64,000 bases of DNA from a virus (Duplodnaviria; Caudoviricetes). Numbering within the stretch: position 1 is the first letter of the stretch; each line of letters starts with the position of its first letter. This document shows positions 38,573-49,413 of the stretch, piece after piece. The position numbers and the translations under genes were made by a program. The stretch covers positions 1 through 64,000 of the IMG/VR virus record IMGVR_UViG_3300033121_002300; one strand, written 5' to 3'. Under the pieces are notes generated by a model. It ran no database searches. It had not been told where the DNA came from and saw nothing but the letters and a program-made list of their open reading frames with translations.

Positions 38573-41500
38573 ATGGCAATAACCTTTCTTTCAGCAAAAA
38601 AACCCGGAGTTTACGTTAACCAATTCGTAACAGGGCCAACTGTTGTCACTCCAGCAGAAAGTGATCTCCCTGCCTTAATTATTGGACCTAAGGTAAACCT
38701 TGTAAGGAATAAACTTGCAGGTGTTTATGAAGGACAGGAAGTTGAAGTTCCTTTTCCTGAGTACGAGGCGGGCTCTAAAGTTTTCAAGGACAGCGTAAGG
38801 ATAGTTCTTCAAAACATTATAATGGCTATAACTGAGTCAGAAAATAATACAGTTGTAGACGGTTCAGCTTCCGGAACAGGAAGAACTTTATCGGGAACAA
38901 TTTTAACCGATAAAAAGCAAGACTTATCAAGCGCTCTCGTTGGCGATAGCGTAACAATAAGTTACACTATATCAAGTATTTTATATTCAATAAAAGCCAA
39001 TGTAGTTGAAGTTAATCCGGTTATTTCACCAGCATTCAATCAAGCTGTATTAGCTCCGGCAGGTGAAACTTTAAAAATAAAAACATCAGCACATGATCCG
39101 TCAGCTGTATCAGTTCCGGTAACTATTTATTTCATAAACGGAAGCGATTTACCAGATTCAGAGGTAATAACTCTTGACAATACTGATACCAGTACTCCAA
39201 TCGCAGGACTTGAAACTTGCAAAAAAATATTATCAGTAGATGTTGGGGCTGCTATTTCTACCGTATCTTTAATAGTAACAGATTCAGCGGATAATACTAT
39301 TGTAACCATTCCAACACCAGGTGCTCAAACTTATGTATCGGCTCTGACAAGATTAACTCTTGACAAAGCTCTACCATCAATGACATCAGGTATTACATAT
39401 ATAGTTACAAGAAATACAGGTAAATTTGAAGCTTTTGGAAATATCTTAAAAACAGATACCGTTAATGGATTTTCAAATGTCTTTCCTGGTTATGAAATAA
39501 AAGTAGATCATCCAACTCAAGGTTTAATCTCAGCTAAGGTAAACAAAGTAATTGACGTTGATGAAATACAATTAAATAAAAGCTTTGCTGCTGCAACAAA
39601 TGTTGGATATGAAATAACTCAAAAAAATAGTAATAGAACTTCAGTTATGGGTATTCGAGCTGGGTTGTTCGCAACAGCTAACACTGATATCCTTCAAGAT
39701 GCATCAAATACCGGTTTTACTACCGTTAAAGTTGGAGATGATGTAAGGATACAAAATGGGCAAGTTATTCAACAAGCAACTGTTTTAAGTAAAATTGATA
39801 ATTACAGAATTCAATTAAGCAAAAAATTTGACGCAGGTTCTATCTATTTTTCAATAACAAGACAACAGGTTTCAAATAGCCCTATCGAATTATTCGATAA
39901 AGTTAATCAATTTGTTCTAAACAATGCAAATAGTGATAAGTATGTTGATGATAATACTTTCACAATAAAAGATGCTCTTCAAGTAAGTGGGCTTGATGGT
40001 GATATTTCCATAAAGCAAGCGGATATTTATGTTGATTATGATGCATTAAGCGTAGCAAAAGCTAATACAGTTATAGAAGTTGAAACTGATTTAGTAATTG
40101 AAGATAGAGTTGGATTAATGAATGATAAAAATCCATTAGGCTTAGCCGTTGGTATAGCTTGTGCTAATACCATTGCAAAAGTTTACGCAATACCAATTGA
40201 TGATACAACTAATGCTGCATGGTTAAGAGCTTTATCAATTGCTGAAAACCAAAAGGCGTATAACATTTGTTTGTTAACTCAAAGCGGGACAATCCAAAGT
40301 TATGGAAGAACTCATGTTGACGGAATGTCTACAGCCAATAAACATGGTTGGAGAGTATTATGGATGAATCTTGAGCACCCGTATGAAGAAACTCTTATAA
40401 CAACAACCCCAAATGGGACTATTACTTATAAGACAAATTCAACTCCTTTAGATCTCACTGATGATTATATTGAGTTTTACGATCCTTTAGGTGATTATAG
40501 TTCAGTACCAGCATCTGATACTTATATAGCTTTCTGGGAAAACGGGGAACTATTTGACATAAATGATAATCCAATAGACCCAGTGTTCCTTAAGGTCAGC
40601 GAAAAAGGTGAAGACAGCAATGTTTTAATTTGTGAAACCATAGAGTACCTTGGAACACAAGGAAAGGGCTTGTATATTCCGAATAAAAAAGTGTCCTTAA
40701 ATGCGATACCGGTTGGCCCTGGATTAGCTACCTACGATTATCAAAATAAAACATTTACAATACCTGATTCAATATGGCAAACAGCATTTGGAACAGGAAC
40801 TTTTGCTACTGCTGACAGAGTGGTAGTAAACGCTCAAGTTGATGAAGACCAAGAAGGGATATTTACTGTTAGTCAGGTTGGAAGCGCAAGTCCAGCAGTT
40901 GATTGGATAATCAAAAAAGATTCAACAATATCTGAGATTGATGTAAATGATTTAGTTAATCTTCCAACATCAGCAGCTCCAAATAAAGTTGGCTCATACA
41001 AGATAATTAAATTAAATAATTTAACAGAACAAGCTCAGGCATTGGCAAATATCGCTAATTCTTTCAGCAGTAGAAGAGTTCTTTATATAACAAATGAAAC
41101 ATGTATAGTTGAAGTAGATAATGTTGATAAAGAACTACCAGGTTATTATATCTGTGCAGCGTATGCTGGTTTATCATCAGGAACAATGCCTCATCAACCG
41201 ATGACTGAATTTGAAATAAATGCAATCAAGGGAATAAGAAAAGGTAATCCATATTTTGATTTAGATCAACAGGGTATTGTTGTTGCCGGAGGTGGATGGA
41301 TAATGATTCAAGATGTTCCTGATAAATCATTACCTAAAGCTTGGAAGCAAACAACAACTGATACAACCAGTATTAAAACCATAGAGTTTTCTTTCACCAA
41401 AAACCTTGATGATATTTGTTATAAATTATTTGAGGATCATAAAAGATTCCCTGGAACCTCAAACAATCTACCTATAGCAAGAGAAGATGCAGCTTCTCAA

Positions 41501-41695
41501 ACTGAAGTCACACTTAATGAATTAAAAAAAGACAGGGGAAGAGGGCCAAACAACGGTTATGTTGGGCCGCAAGTTGTAAGCGCAACATTTAATGGATTTG
41601 TTCCGGATCCTATATTAGCAGATACAAGTTATGCTGATATAGATCTTCAACTACCACTTGTTTGGAATGTTTATGTATTTAATGTTAGAGCATAA
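38573..41695 (+). CDS. contractile tail sheath protein
   Basis: N-terminal KPGVYV.Q, PALIIGP; C-terminal NPLGLA, RRVLY, PGYYICAAYAG..P.QP.T, TTD...EFS..KNLD. Confidence 0.85.
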   Translation: MAITFLSAKKPGVYVNQFVTGPTVVTPAESDLPALIIGPKVNLVRNKLAGVYEGQEVEVPFPEYEAGSKVFKDSVRIVLQNIIMAITESENNTVVDGSASGTGRTLSGTILTDKKQDLSSALVGDSVTISYTISSILYSIKANVVEVNPVISPAFNQAVLAPAGETLKIKTSAHDPSAVSVPVTIYFINGSDLPDSEVITLDNTDTSTPIAGLETCKKILSVDVGAAISTVSLIVTDSADNTIVTIPTPGAQTYVSALTRLTLDKALPSMTSGITYIVTRNTGKFEAFGNILKTDTVNGFSNVFPGYEIKVDHPTQGLISAKVNKVIDVDEIQLNKSFAAATNVGYEITQKNSNRTSVMGIRAGLFATANTDILQDASNTGFTTVKVGDDVRIQNGQVIQQATVLSKIDNYRIQLSKKFDAGSIYFSITRQQVSNSPIELFDKVNQFVLNNANSDKYVDDNTFTIKDALQVSGLDGDISIKQADIYVDYDALSVAKANTVIEVETDLVIEDRVGLMNDKNPLGLAVGIACANTIAKVYAIPIDDTTNAAWLRALSIAENQKAYNICLLTQSGTIQSYGRTHVDGMSTANKHGWRVLWMNLEHPYEETLITTTPNGTITYKTNSTPLDLTDDYIEFYDPLGDYSSVPASDTYIAFWENGELFDINDNPIDPVFLKVSEKGEDSNVLICETIEYLGTQGKGLYIPNKKVSLNAIPVGPGLATYDYQNKTFTIPDSIWQTAFGTGTFATADRVVVNAQVDEDQEGIFTVSQVGSASPAVDWIIKKDSTISEIDVNDLVNLPTSAAPNKVGSYKIIKLNNLTEQAQALANIANSFSSRRVLYITNETCIVEVDNVDKELPGYYICAAYAGLSSGTMPHQPMTEFEINAIKGIRKGNPYFDLDQQGIVVAGGGWIMIQDVPDKSLPKAWKQTTTDTTSIKTIEFSFTKNLDDICYKLFEDHKRFPGTSNNLPIAREDAASQTEVTLNELKKDRGRGPNNGYVGPQVVSATFNGFVPDPILADTSYADIDLQLPLVWNVYVFNVRA

Positions 41696-41706
41696 GGAGA
41701 AAATAT

Positions 41707-42534
41707 ATGGCTGATGTATACGTAGATGATTTAATTAAGCCGTTTTTATATGCAGCCTCAACTGCATTAGAAAACTTGAATTTTTATGAACAGGTCGTTG
41801 AAAGCGATGATGATCCCAATAATGTGGCATCAAGCGAAGCTACTTTTGTTTTCTCCGGTCCACCTGTATTAAAAAGGAGTTATACTACTTATTATGCCCC
41901 TGACGGAACCCAAAAAAATAATCCATATGCAGCTAAGTTATTACCTTCATTACTCAAGCCAATCGGGGCGGTTCAACAAATAAATGTTCAGGCGGGCAAA
42001 CAAATAATCCCATTCAGGGAGCTCGGTTCAAAACTTTTAAGACAGGCTGCCGGTTCAACTCAGTATTCAGGTTCAATGTCAAGAGTTTTAACCAGGCAGA
42101 ATAACCTAAAATATGCTTTTTACAGATGGCTGTTTGAAGGTTTAATAGGCAAAGATGATAAGCTTAATTTAGCAAGAGTTCCCTCTGATAACAATAAACA
42201 ATTTATTGGGCTTGAATCTGAAGTTTATAATATTCCATTTGGACTGTTAATATTGGTAGGTTCTGCTGGAGGCAAAGTTATTCAGGCTGAATATCTTGAG
42301 AAGTGTCATATAGCATCAGATGGAAGTAGTAAGCAAGTTGGAAATACACTAATAGTTGATAATGTTCAATTTACAGTTTCTCGATCAATACCATTTGTTC
42401 ACAATGTTGGGGCTGCAACTACTAAAATATCAACAGATACAAATGTACTGAGGAGCAAAGGAACTGATGGTTCTCAGATAGGAATGTTCGGCTTTAGTGC
42501 AACTGATTCAATTGGTGAAGTCGATCCAGTTTAG
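41707..42534 (+). CDS. tail tube protein, paralog 1
   Basis: Directly follows the sheath; IGAVQQINVQ..KQ..FRELGS, YLEKC..VDNV beta-strand pattern. Confidence 0.7.
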   Translation: MADVYVDDLIKPFLYAASTALENLNFYEQVVESDDDPNNVASSEATFVFSGPPVLKRSYTTYYAPDGTQKNNPYAAKLLPSLLKPIGAVQQINVQAGKQIIPFRELGSKLLRQAAGSTQYSGSMSRVLTRQNNLKYAFYRWLFEGLIGKDDKLNLARVPSDNNKQFIGLESEVYNIPFGLLILVGSAGGKVIQAEYLEKCHIASDGSSKQVGNTLIVDNVQFTVSRSIPFVHNVGAATTKISTDTNVLRSKGTDGSQIGMFGFSATDSIGEVDPV

Positions 42535-42597
42535 AACTAAATTGAAATATAAGTTTAACAGTTTATCTGTTAATATGTTCGAAATCTGTGTGTGGAT

Positions 42598-42620
42598 GCG
42601 GGGGAGACCCCGCTTTTTTT
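42598..42620 (+). terminator. intrinsic terminator
   Basis: GCGGGG-gaga-CCCCGC followed by T7. Confidence 0.85.
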
Positions 42621-42621
42621 A

Positions 42622-42630
42622 TGATATAAT
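42622..42630 (+). promoter_or_regulatory. extended -10 TGATATAAT
   Basis: Right after the terminator, 24 nt before the ATG at 42655. Confidence 0.5.
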
Positions 42631-42654
42631 AAGAATTATTTACAAGGTGAAATA

Positions 42655-43518
42655 ATGAATTTAAATATTTTCGATATTTTAAATCCAGTGAATTCTTCTG
42701 GAAGAAGAGCTGATCCTTTATTAACTGAGGTTGTTGAAGATAAGGATAATTTATCTTATTTTGACCCATACAATAAAAGTGTAGAAGTTGACTTAAGTGC
42801 CGGGGATTTTATTTCAGGTGAAACAGTTCTATTAATGTCCGGGCCTCCAACTCTTGATATGGCACTAAATATATTAATCGGAACTAAAACTAGAGTCGGG
42901 AATCCTAATGCATTAAAAACAATAGGCTTAACCGTAAATGCAAACATCCAAGATTCTAAGCAATATTCAACATGGGATGAGCAGGGATTTTCCGGATATA
43001 GGGCTGTTCCTAATAAAACCAGTACAAATTTGACATTACAGAGAGTTAGAAGTAATCATAATTCTTTAATGTATGCGTGTTACAGGTGGTTAATTGCAGC
43101 AATGCAGACCAATCAATCAGGAGGAGTAGAACAAATTAATCACATGTTATTCGGTTCACCTTCTTCTCTTGTTTTTCAATCTTATCCTGGATTTGTTGCT
43201 ACTATAAATAACGGAAAAACAGTATTAGCTGATAGGCATTATGATAATTTAATGTCAGAATTTTTTCTTTTCCCTTTTGGGGTATTATCATTAGAATTGG
43301 ATCATTATATGAATATTGTAACTGCTTTTTATTTCGAAAATTGCAAGGCCGTGACATTATCAAGGACAATATCAGAATCTCCTTTAATAGTAGAAGGAGT
43401 TCAGATTCAAGCAACAAAAAAACTACCAGCTTTAGGTTTAAATTTTCCGGGTATACAAAAGAAAATATTTGAAATAAAAGATACAATTGAAGAAGGATTT
43501 AAATCTATAAAACCTTAA
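42655..43518 (+). CDS. tail tube protein, paralog 2
   Basis: Shares SGPP.L, LK.IG, L.YA.YRWL, PFG.L.L and E.C motifs with 41707-42534. Confidence 0.65.
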   Translation: MNLNIFDILNPVNSSGRRADPLLTEVVEDKDNLSYFDPYNKSVEVDLSAGDFISGETVLLMSGPPTLDMALNILIGTKTRVGNPNALKTIGLTVNANIQDSKQYSTWDEQGFSGYRAVPNKTSTNLTLQRVRSNHNSLMYACYRWLIAAMQTNQSGGVEQINHMLFGSPSSLVFQSYPGFVATINNGKTVLADRHYDNLMSEFFLFPFGVLSLELDHYMNIVTAFYFENCKAVTLSRTISESPLIVEGVQIQATKKLPALGLNFPGIQKKIFEIKDTIEEGFKSIKP

Positions 43519-43856
43519 ATTCCGCCCATATTTTTTAAGGTAAAATCAATCGCTTCCTTAGCTACGGTTCTCATTTTATCGTCAATATTAACTAATTCAT
43601 TGCTTGAGTTCATACTTACTTTATCAATTTTTATTTCAGGTAATTTAACAAACGGTAAGTCAATAGGCTCAGAATTAATTGGTTCAATTATTTGCTCCAT
43701 ATTTTTTACAACTATTTCACCGTCATCTAATTGAACTAAAAATTTATTAAGTTCCGGATTAGATATTTTTAAAGTATTAATCCTTGAAACTATTTTCCGA
43801 AGAAAATTTCTATCAAGAGGCGTTAATTGCTGCTCTAATTTCGTTACGAATTTCAT
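43515..43856 (-). CDS. hypothetical protein
   Basis: 113 aa, end of the neck operon. Confidence 0.5.
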   Translation of the reverse strand: MKFVTKLEQQLTPLDRNFLRKIVSRINTLKISNPELNKFLVQLDDGEIVVKNMEQIIEPINSEPIDLPFVKLPEIKIDKVSMNSSNELVNIDDKMRTVAKEAIDFTLKNMGGI

Positions 43857-44706
43857 TTATCTGTAAAAACATTTTATCCCAATATATTCTATTATTAAGA
43901 GATTTGGAAAAAGGTACTTTTTTTCCATAAAGAGGATGATTAGAATCTTCCTGCTGAACAGCCATAATTGTTGATACGGGTTGATTTCCCGTTTCACTCT
44001 CTTGAGCTATCTGACCAACGCAATAAAGTCTAAATGGTGGTATTAACTCTCGAAAATAGTCATTTACTTTCGGTACAATAAAAAATGAAGATGTTGTGGC
44101 TATTCTATTGCTTGGTTGCATTTTTATTACACCTTGATCTTGAACATCTTTATTATTAGCATTTTTATAATCAACCCATGCCAAAACAGGAGGATAGTAC
44201 CCTCCTTCATATCCGGTACCTTCACAAGTTGGACATTTTGAACGAATACTCCCCATACTTTTATTTATTCCACAACTGCTGCACAAAATTCCAGATGTTC
44301 TCTTTTGATAAAATAAAACCGGTATATTTACTATATCAGACACATTACAAACTAATTCAAATAAATGAGTTCTCATAACATTGAACATAGCTTTAAGCAT
44401 TTTAGGATAAATAGTCATAATAGGGCTTTCAATTTTTTTGTCAGAATCTGTTACAAGTTCTATTTTATAATAATGATTTTTAAACTTATCATAATTAAAG
44501 GTTACATGATGATAAAAATATCCATCTATTATTTCTTGATTTACCTTTACTAAACTTTCAGGATTTTCTGAATAATATAAATTAAAACCTTTAATTGGTT
44601 CTTTAACAATATTTTTCAGAAAATTTTCTTGATCTAAAATAACCCACTGTAAATCAGTATAATTAGGGGTGATATTTTGCACTATTAAATTAACAAGCAA
44701 TTGCAT
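43813..44706 (-). CDS. probable neck/head-closure protein
   Basis: FYQKRTSG..CSSC...CPTCEGTGYEGGYYPP zinc ribbon; position between capsid and tail genes. Confidence 0.5.
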   Translation of the reverse strand: MQLLVNLIVQNITPNYTDLQWVILDQENFLKNIVKEPIKGFNLYYSENPESLVKVNQEIIDGYFYHHVTFNYDKFKNHYYKIELVTDSDKKIESPIMTIYPKMLKAMFNVMRTHLFELVCNVSDIVNIPVLFYQKRTSGILCSSCGINKSMGSIRSKCPTCEGTGYEGGYYPPVLAWVDYKNANNKDVQDQGVIKMQPSNRIATTSSFFIVPKVNDYFRELIPPFRLYCVGQIAQESETGNQPVSTIMAVQQEDSNHPLYGKKVPFSKSLNNRIYWDKMFLQINEIRNEIRAAINAS

Positions 44707-44745
44707 TATTCACCTAAAATATAAGCGGTTAACATTTTATACTCC

Positions 44746-45234
44746 TTAAAATATAGGGAAATTTGGAGGTATTGCAAATATCGAACCATTTGCTTCATTG
44801 ATATTTTGCCGACCTTTTATTGTCTTCAGTTCCGTAATAACATTTGCCTCTAAACTTGCCAAAAAATTAGACAATAAAGGAGCGTTATTATGAATTGAAA
44901 CCTCAATACCTGAATTATTTCCTTGTAATAAATTTTTTATTTTATAAAGAACAACATCTCTTAAGACCTCAATCATGCTTAAACTCATCAAGAGATAAGC
45001 ATGTCTCTGAGGAAAGCTTTTTGGGCTCCATGATGAATAAGGAGGAGAAGAGTTAAATCTCATTACAGCACGGCAAATAGCGTGATCATACTCCTCCGGA
45101 AGAACTAATTCATCAAATATTTCATTCCATTCAGATTTATCTTTCCAGTATTCTTTCAAATCATCTTTAGTTACAACCCATTCATTTCTAGGTATGGATA
45201 ACATACCGGTCATTTGTCTGGAATAAAAGCCCAT
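44746..45234 (-). CDS. probable head-tail adaptor
   Basis: A..RFNSSPP...SFP...LMSL..IEVL pattern; position. Confidence 0.5.
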   Translation of the reverse strand: MGFYSRQMTGMLSIPRNEWVVTKDDLKEYWKDKSEWNEIFDELVLPEEYDHAICRAVMRFNSSPPYSSWSPKSFPQRHAYLLMSLSMIEVLRDVVLYKIKNLLQGNNSGIEVSIHNNAPLLSNFLASLEANVITELKTIKGRQNINEANGSIFAIPPNFPIF

Positions 45235-46691
45235 TATATATGATGCTCCCTTAATACAAAAAATGGCTCAAGAGATATTTGATTCCTTTTTTGGGAAAAC
45301 TTCATAGGATCAATATAAGCTTTTATTTTAAAATAATTTATTTTTTTTCTAATTGCCGAGAAAACATCCATCTCAGCTTTAGATGCCAAATCTATTATCT
45401 TAACATCATCAATAACATCACCTGATAATGAGGTGCATATATCAAACACTTCTTGATTATAAGGAAGATGAACTGGTTGAAATAAAACCTCAAACTTGTT
45501 ATTTGACAATAAAGATACCCCAAAAGATTGTATACGGTTGTTTATTGACTCACTTACATAAACTTTATTGTTTAAAATAAAAATACCAGACAAACCATTA
45601 AAATAACCTAACGTTTGATCCATTCCCAAAAGGCTTTCATCAGCCAATTTACCAAAGGTTCCAACCAATTCATTACTAGAATTAAGAGCAATAACTTTAC
45701 CAATGCTTTTAGAGGTAATATACAAAATGCCGTTTGATAGCACCAATCGCTGTAAATCTCCATTTTTAATTCCTAATTTTGAAGGAAGATTAATAACACC
45801 TTTACTGGTTAATTTATTTTCCGTATTTAAAACATTTGTATCAAATTTACCAATAGAATCATCCCCATTCAATACATAAATAAAATCCCTGCCGTTAACC
45901 TGTGTGACAAACATATCTTTAGGTTCTTTTATTTCACCTTCATAACACTTTCCGGTACCACCATTTATACCACAGTAAAGAGCAATGCATTTGAACTTAT
46001 GTTGATAGTCATAAACGGCCACAAATCCATTTCCGGTCGAACCAGAGGGGGCTCCATCTGAACATAACACATATATGTAACTGGAACCCAATGCAATAGC
46101 AACCGGCTTGCTTAATTTAGAGGTAGTTGTACCTATAGTACCCTCAGCCCCAGCAATGCCGCTACCAATAGATCCTGAATATTGTTTAGTCTTGGAATCA
46201 TAATAATGAACTATATTATCAGACTTACTTACTATGTAATAACAAGAACTTTGTTCAGAGTAAGCTAAGTCAACTGAATCTGAATATTCTCCGGAATTTA
46301 AATTAGAACCCACCTTACCTATATAACCTCTAAAATTTAAATTTAAATCCAATTCACAACAAGAAACATTTTCAATTAAAGAGCTGGTATTAGAAACTAA
46401 TATTTTATCACCGAATAATCTTAAATTATTTGGTGATGATATAAATAAATTATCTTGCCTATTAAGCTCAACACCCCAGCTTTCTTCCAATGAAAGAGAT
46501 AAATTCTGATTCACTAACCCTTGACTGATTGATTCAATACCATCAACTAAAGTAAATCCACTACTTGATACTAAATTAAATTGATTCTCCACATCCTTAA
46601 GATGCTCAGATGTAACCTCAGGAAAAGAACTAAGAAACTTAGGACTTTTAATCAAGTTTAAAATATATTCCAAATTTAAATTATTTGTCAT
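45234..46691 (-). CDS. NHL-repeat beta-propeller protein
   Basis: LSKPVAIA..IYV, EPKDMFV, FNGLSGIFI..KVYVSESINNRIQSF. Confidence 0.75.
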   Translation of the reverse strand: MTNNLNLEYILNLIKSPKFLSSFPEVTSEHLKDVENQFNLVSSSGFTLVDGIESISQGLVNQNLSLSLEESWGVELNRQDNLFISSPNNLRLFGDKILVSNTSSLIENVSCCELDLNLNFRGYIGKVGSNLNSGEYSDSVDLAYSEQSSCYYIVSKSDNIVHYYDSKTKQYSGSIGSGIAGAEGTIGTTTSKLSKPVAIALGSSYIYVLCSDGAPSGSTGNGFVAVYDYQHKFKCIALYCGINGGTGKCYEGEIKEPKDMFVTQVNGRDFIYVLNGDDSIGKFDTNVLNTENKLTSKGVINLPSKLGIKNGDLQRLVLSNGILYITSKSIGKVIALNSSNELVGTFGKLADESLLGMDQTLGYFNGLSGIFILNNKVYVSESINNRIQSFGVSLLSNNKFEVLFQPVHLPYNQEVFDICTSLSGDVIDDVKIIDLASKAEMDVFSAIRKKINYFKIKAYIDPMKFSQKRNQISLEPFFVLREHHI

Positions 46692-46700
46692 GATTACCTA

Positions 46701-47117
46701 TTATTGTTTAATTTTACTTTTTTTATTTCCATTACCATTATTTTTTTTAGAAGAAACACCTGTATCTGTAACTGGTAATTTAACTTCATTCTTTATTTTA
46801 GATACATCAGCATCTGCAATCACAGGCTTCACTTCAGGTTTAACTTCAACAGTTTCTTTAACTATAACAGAATTTTCTACCGCTTTTATAATAATTCTAG
46901 GCTTAGGTGTTCCTACAAAAAATTTCATAGCACTTCCGCTCATGATATTTACCAATTCTGACTTTGAAATTTTAAGCTCTTCAAGGCTCATTTCTTTACC
47001 AGACGGAATAGAAACTCCATCTCTTAATATAGCAGTACCATAACCTATATTATGCAACTTAAACGTTACAGCATTTGGGTTATTTAAAATATCCAACTGA
47101 TTCATATTGTTCCTCAC
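46701..47117 (-). CDS. hypothetical protein directly downstream of the capsid gene
   Basis: GAGG RBS; low-complexity K/E/P tail. Confidence 0.55.
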   Translation of the reverse strand: MRNNMNQLDILNNPNAVTFKLHNIGYGTAILRDGVSIPSGKEMSLEELKISKSELVNIMSGSAMKFFVGTPKPRIIIKAVENSVIVKETVEVKPEVKPVIADADVSKIKNEVKLPVTDTGVSSKKNNGNGNKKSKIKQ

Positions 47118-47132
47118 TTATGACAATAAAAT

Positions 47133-47160
47133 AAAAGGAGGCTGAATACTCAACCTCCTT
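47133..47160 (-). terminator. terminator after the major capsid gene
   Basis: Minus strand AAGGAGG-ttgagtattcag-CCTCCTT followed by TTATTTT. Confidence 0.7.
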
Positions 47161-47178
47161 CTATTTTAACAGATTTTA

Positions 47179-48111
47179 TTAGTTAAAATCAATCTTAGCT
47201 ATTGAATTAACGTTAACTATAGATTGAGCAATTACTTCTCTCATCTTAATAGATAAGATGTAATCTTCCCATTTTACGGTAGTTTCAGGTGAACCGAACT
47301 CATAGAACTTACCAAGCATATTGTTAGGACCAAAACCATAAAGAGTTCCTTCCTGAACAATATCAGAATTAAGAGTGGTAATCCACTTTAAGTTAAATAA
47401 GTTTTTGTATTTACCATCATCACCCATTAATCCCTTTGTAACTAAATCTTGCATTATACGTGAACCAACAAGGGAATTTTCCCAAGAAAGTATATCAGAA
47501 TAAGTAGCTTCATGGCAAAGCACAGTCACAAGAGGTATTCTCATTCTGTCAAACGCTTTTTTAAGCAAAGCTATATCATTTGGCTTAATTGAAGAATTTG
47601 GTGAATTGATAATATTTCCAGAAACAGCAAGGCATCTTTCAACTTGTTCCATAAATCTTCCATCTTCAACAGCAAGGAAGTCATTTCTGATAACACCCTC
47701 AATATATTGTCTAATAGGAATAGGACTGTTTATAATCTGATTTTCAGACATCTTAAATGTTCTACTTACCAGAGGGTTAAATCTAATCCTATGTAATTTA
47801 GATGTATACCAGATGTCTTTACTAGGCTGTAACCAGTCACTAGCTGAAACAAGATACCCATTTATCGGATCTTCAACCGGAACGAACTTAGTTAGAACGT
47901 CAGGGTTATAAGGGTCACGATTTAAATCTTCACGAGTACATTGCTTATAATCAACAATTTGTCTTGAAAAACCATCTTCACGAACAAACTTGAAGATCAT
48001 TTCCTCATTTACAGTTTCAGCAATTTTCTCAAGACCTTCTTTTCCACCATGTTTAGCTAAGTTTAGAAGCTTTTCATTTTCTAATTCAGCTTCAGTTAAT
48101 TCATTTGCCAT
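47179..48111 (-). CDS. probable major capsid protein
   Basis: GGAG RBS before MANELT; REDGFSRQI, IRNDFLAVEDGRF, YGFGP..LGKFY pattern; about 310 aa; last gene of the head operon before a terminator. Confidence 0.7.
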   Translation of the reverse strand: MANELTEAELENEKLLNLAKHGGKEGLEKIAETVNEEMIFKFVREDGFSRQIVDYKQCTREDLNRDPYNPDVLTKFVPVEDPINGYLVSASDWLQPSKDIWYTSKLHRIRFNPLVSRTFKMSENQIINSPIPIRQYIEGVIRNDFLAVEDGRFMEQVERCLAVSGNIINSPNSSIKPNDIALLKKAFDRMRIPLVTVLCHEATYSDILSWENSLVGSRIMQDLVTKGLMGDDGKYKNLFNLKWITTLNSDIVQEGTLYGFGPNNMLGKFYEFGSPETTVKWEDYILSIKMREVIAQSIVNVNSIAKIDFN

Positions 48112-48137
48112 ATTTTTTGTCTCCTTTTTCAACTTAA

Positions 48138-48815
48138 TTAAACAGCGAAATTAAATCTGAATCGAACTTTTGTTCTTGCATTTTTTGTAAACTTGTATTC
48201 GACCTGAGCAAGTTTTTTCTCACTGCCAACAACTTTTTTGAACTTACCTTTATAGGCTGTCAAATAATCACCTGGATCAATATTAGTTAAGTCAAGCTCC
48301 TGAAATAATCTAGCTCCAGCCCAAGCCTCACCTGAACCGATAACTCCGGTGACGTTATAAGATCCCATAGTTCCTGGCTCATAAGCCGCATCAAAAACAG
48401 GCTTCAATGGACTTCCTGCAAATTTAGGAATCCAAGGATCATCAGTCTTATTAACGTAATCATGAACGATGTTTTCAAGCCCAGAGACTCTGAATCCAAT
48501 CTGATTCGTGAACACCATATAAGTAGGCAAATCATCGGCATTTGCAGCGAAATCATAGAATCCATCAGGGCTCTGAATATTCAAAGCAGCTAACTGAGGC
48601 TCTGTATATCTCGCTGGATTAACCCTTGATAAAATCATACCATCCTCTAAATAATTGGGATAGTTGTCTATACCATTTGGTCCCCAAGATAAACCCGTGT
48701 AAAAAAATGGTAACGGGACAAACTCATAAGCACCAAATTGAGCGATTTCCAAATCATCAACTTCTGGTCTTAAGGGTTCATTGTCATTTCCCGGTTTCCC
48801 TAGCAAGAGTGTCAT
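48138..48815 (-). CDS. putative capsid decoration/cement protein
   Basis: AGGAGG RBS; immediately upstream of the MCP; beta-rich. Confidence 0.45.
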   Translation of the reverse strand: MTLLLGKPGNDNEPLRPEVDDLEIAQFGAYEFVPLPFFYTGLSWGPNGIDNYPNYLEDGMILSRVNPARYTEPQLAALNIQSPDGFYDFAANADDLPTYMVFTNQIGFRVSGLENIVHDYVNKTDDPWIPKFAGSPLKPVFDAAYEPGTMGSYNVTGVIGSGEAWAGARLFQELDLTNIDPGDYLTAYKGKFKKVVGSEKKLAQVEYKFTKNARTKVRFRFNFAV

Positions 48816-48836
48816 AGTTTTCCTCCTAATAAAATT

Positions 48837-49166
48837 TTATAAACTCATTATTTTAGAACGCCATCCAGACCAGCGATCTTCACCGGCGTTAGATACATTC
48901 GGATTATTTATTACAGGCTTACCAAGACTCGCACTTTTAACGGGAACGTTTCCTGATATATCAAGTAATGATTGAGTAATTAACTCCAATTCTTTGGAAC
49001 TCATTGAAGCAAATTTAGTCCTCTGAGTGCTTTCCTCATCATCGGTCTGAATAATTCCAGATTCCTTTAGCTTACATATAGATGACTCAACTTGGTCTTC
49101 TTTTTCAAGAGTATCAGCTAAATCACTTAATATATTAGCAGCCTTCATCAGCTTAGCTTTGAACAT
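48837..49166 (-). CDS. scaffold-like small head protein
   Basis: MKAAN, VKSAS; coiled-coil character; position before the capsid genes. Confidence 0.5.
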   Translation of the reverse strand: MFKAKLMKAANILSDLADTLEKEDQVESSICKLKESGIIQTDDEESTQRTKFASMSSKELELITQSLLDISGNVPVKSASLGKPVINNPNVSNAGEDRWSGWRSKIMSL

Positions 49167-49353
49167 TTCCTAATACTCCTTTTCCTACAGCATCAAGATA
49201 TTCAGCAAGTCTAACCTGGGTAAAAACTTCCGCATCTACGGACAAATCTCCAGTTGAAGCTGTTTTATTTAAATCAACTTCAATTGACTCAGCCGCTTCT
49301 TTTATTAACTTAGAAGCTTCTCTTAAGCCGCTTATAAGCTTTGAACTATCCAT
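49153..49353 (-). CDS. small head-cluster protein
   Basis: GGAG RBS; LNKTAS. Confidence 0.5.
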   Translation of the reverse strand: MDSSKLISGLREASKLIKEAAESIEVDLNKTASTGDLSVDAEVFTQVRLAEYLDAVGKGVLGNVQS

Positions 49354-49413
49354 ATTATTACTCCTATACTATTATTATGGTGCAACCGTGATTATTTCGG
49401 AACAACCTACAAC

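Noticed and set aside
42563-42769. 68 aa minus-strand ORF between the tube genes
   Set aside because: Crosses a terminator and promoter and overlaps tube 2; no supporting features.
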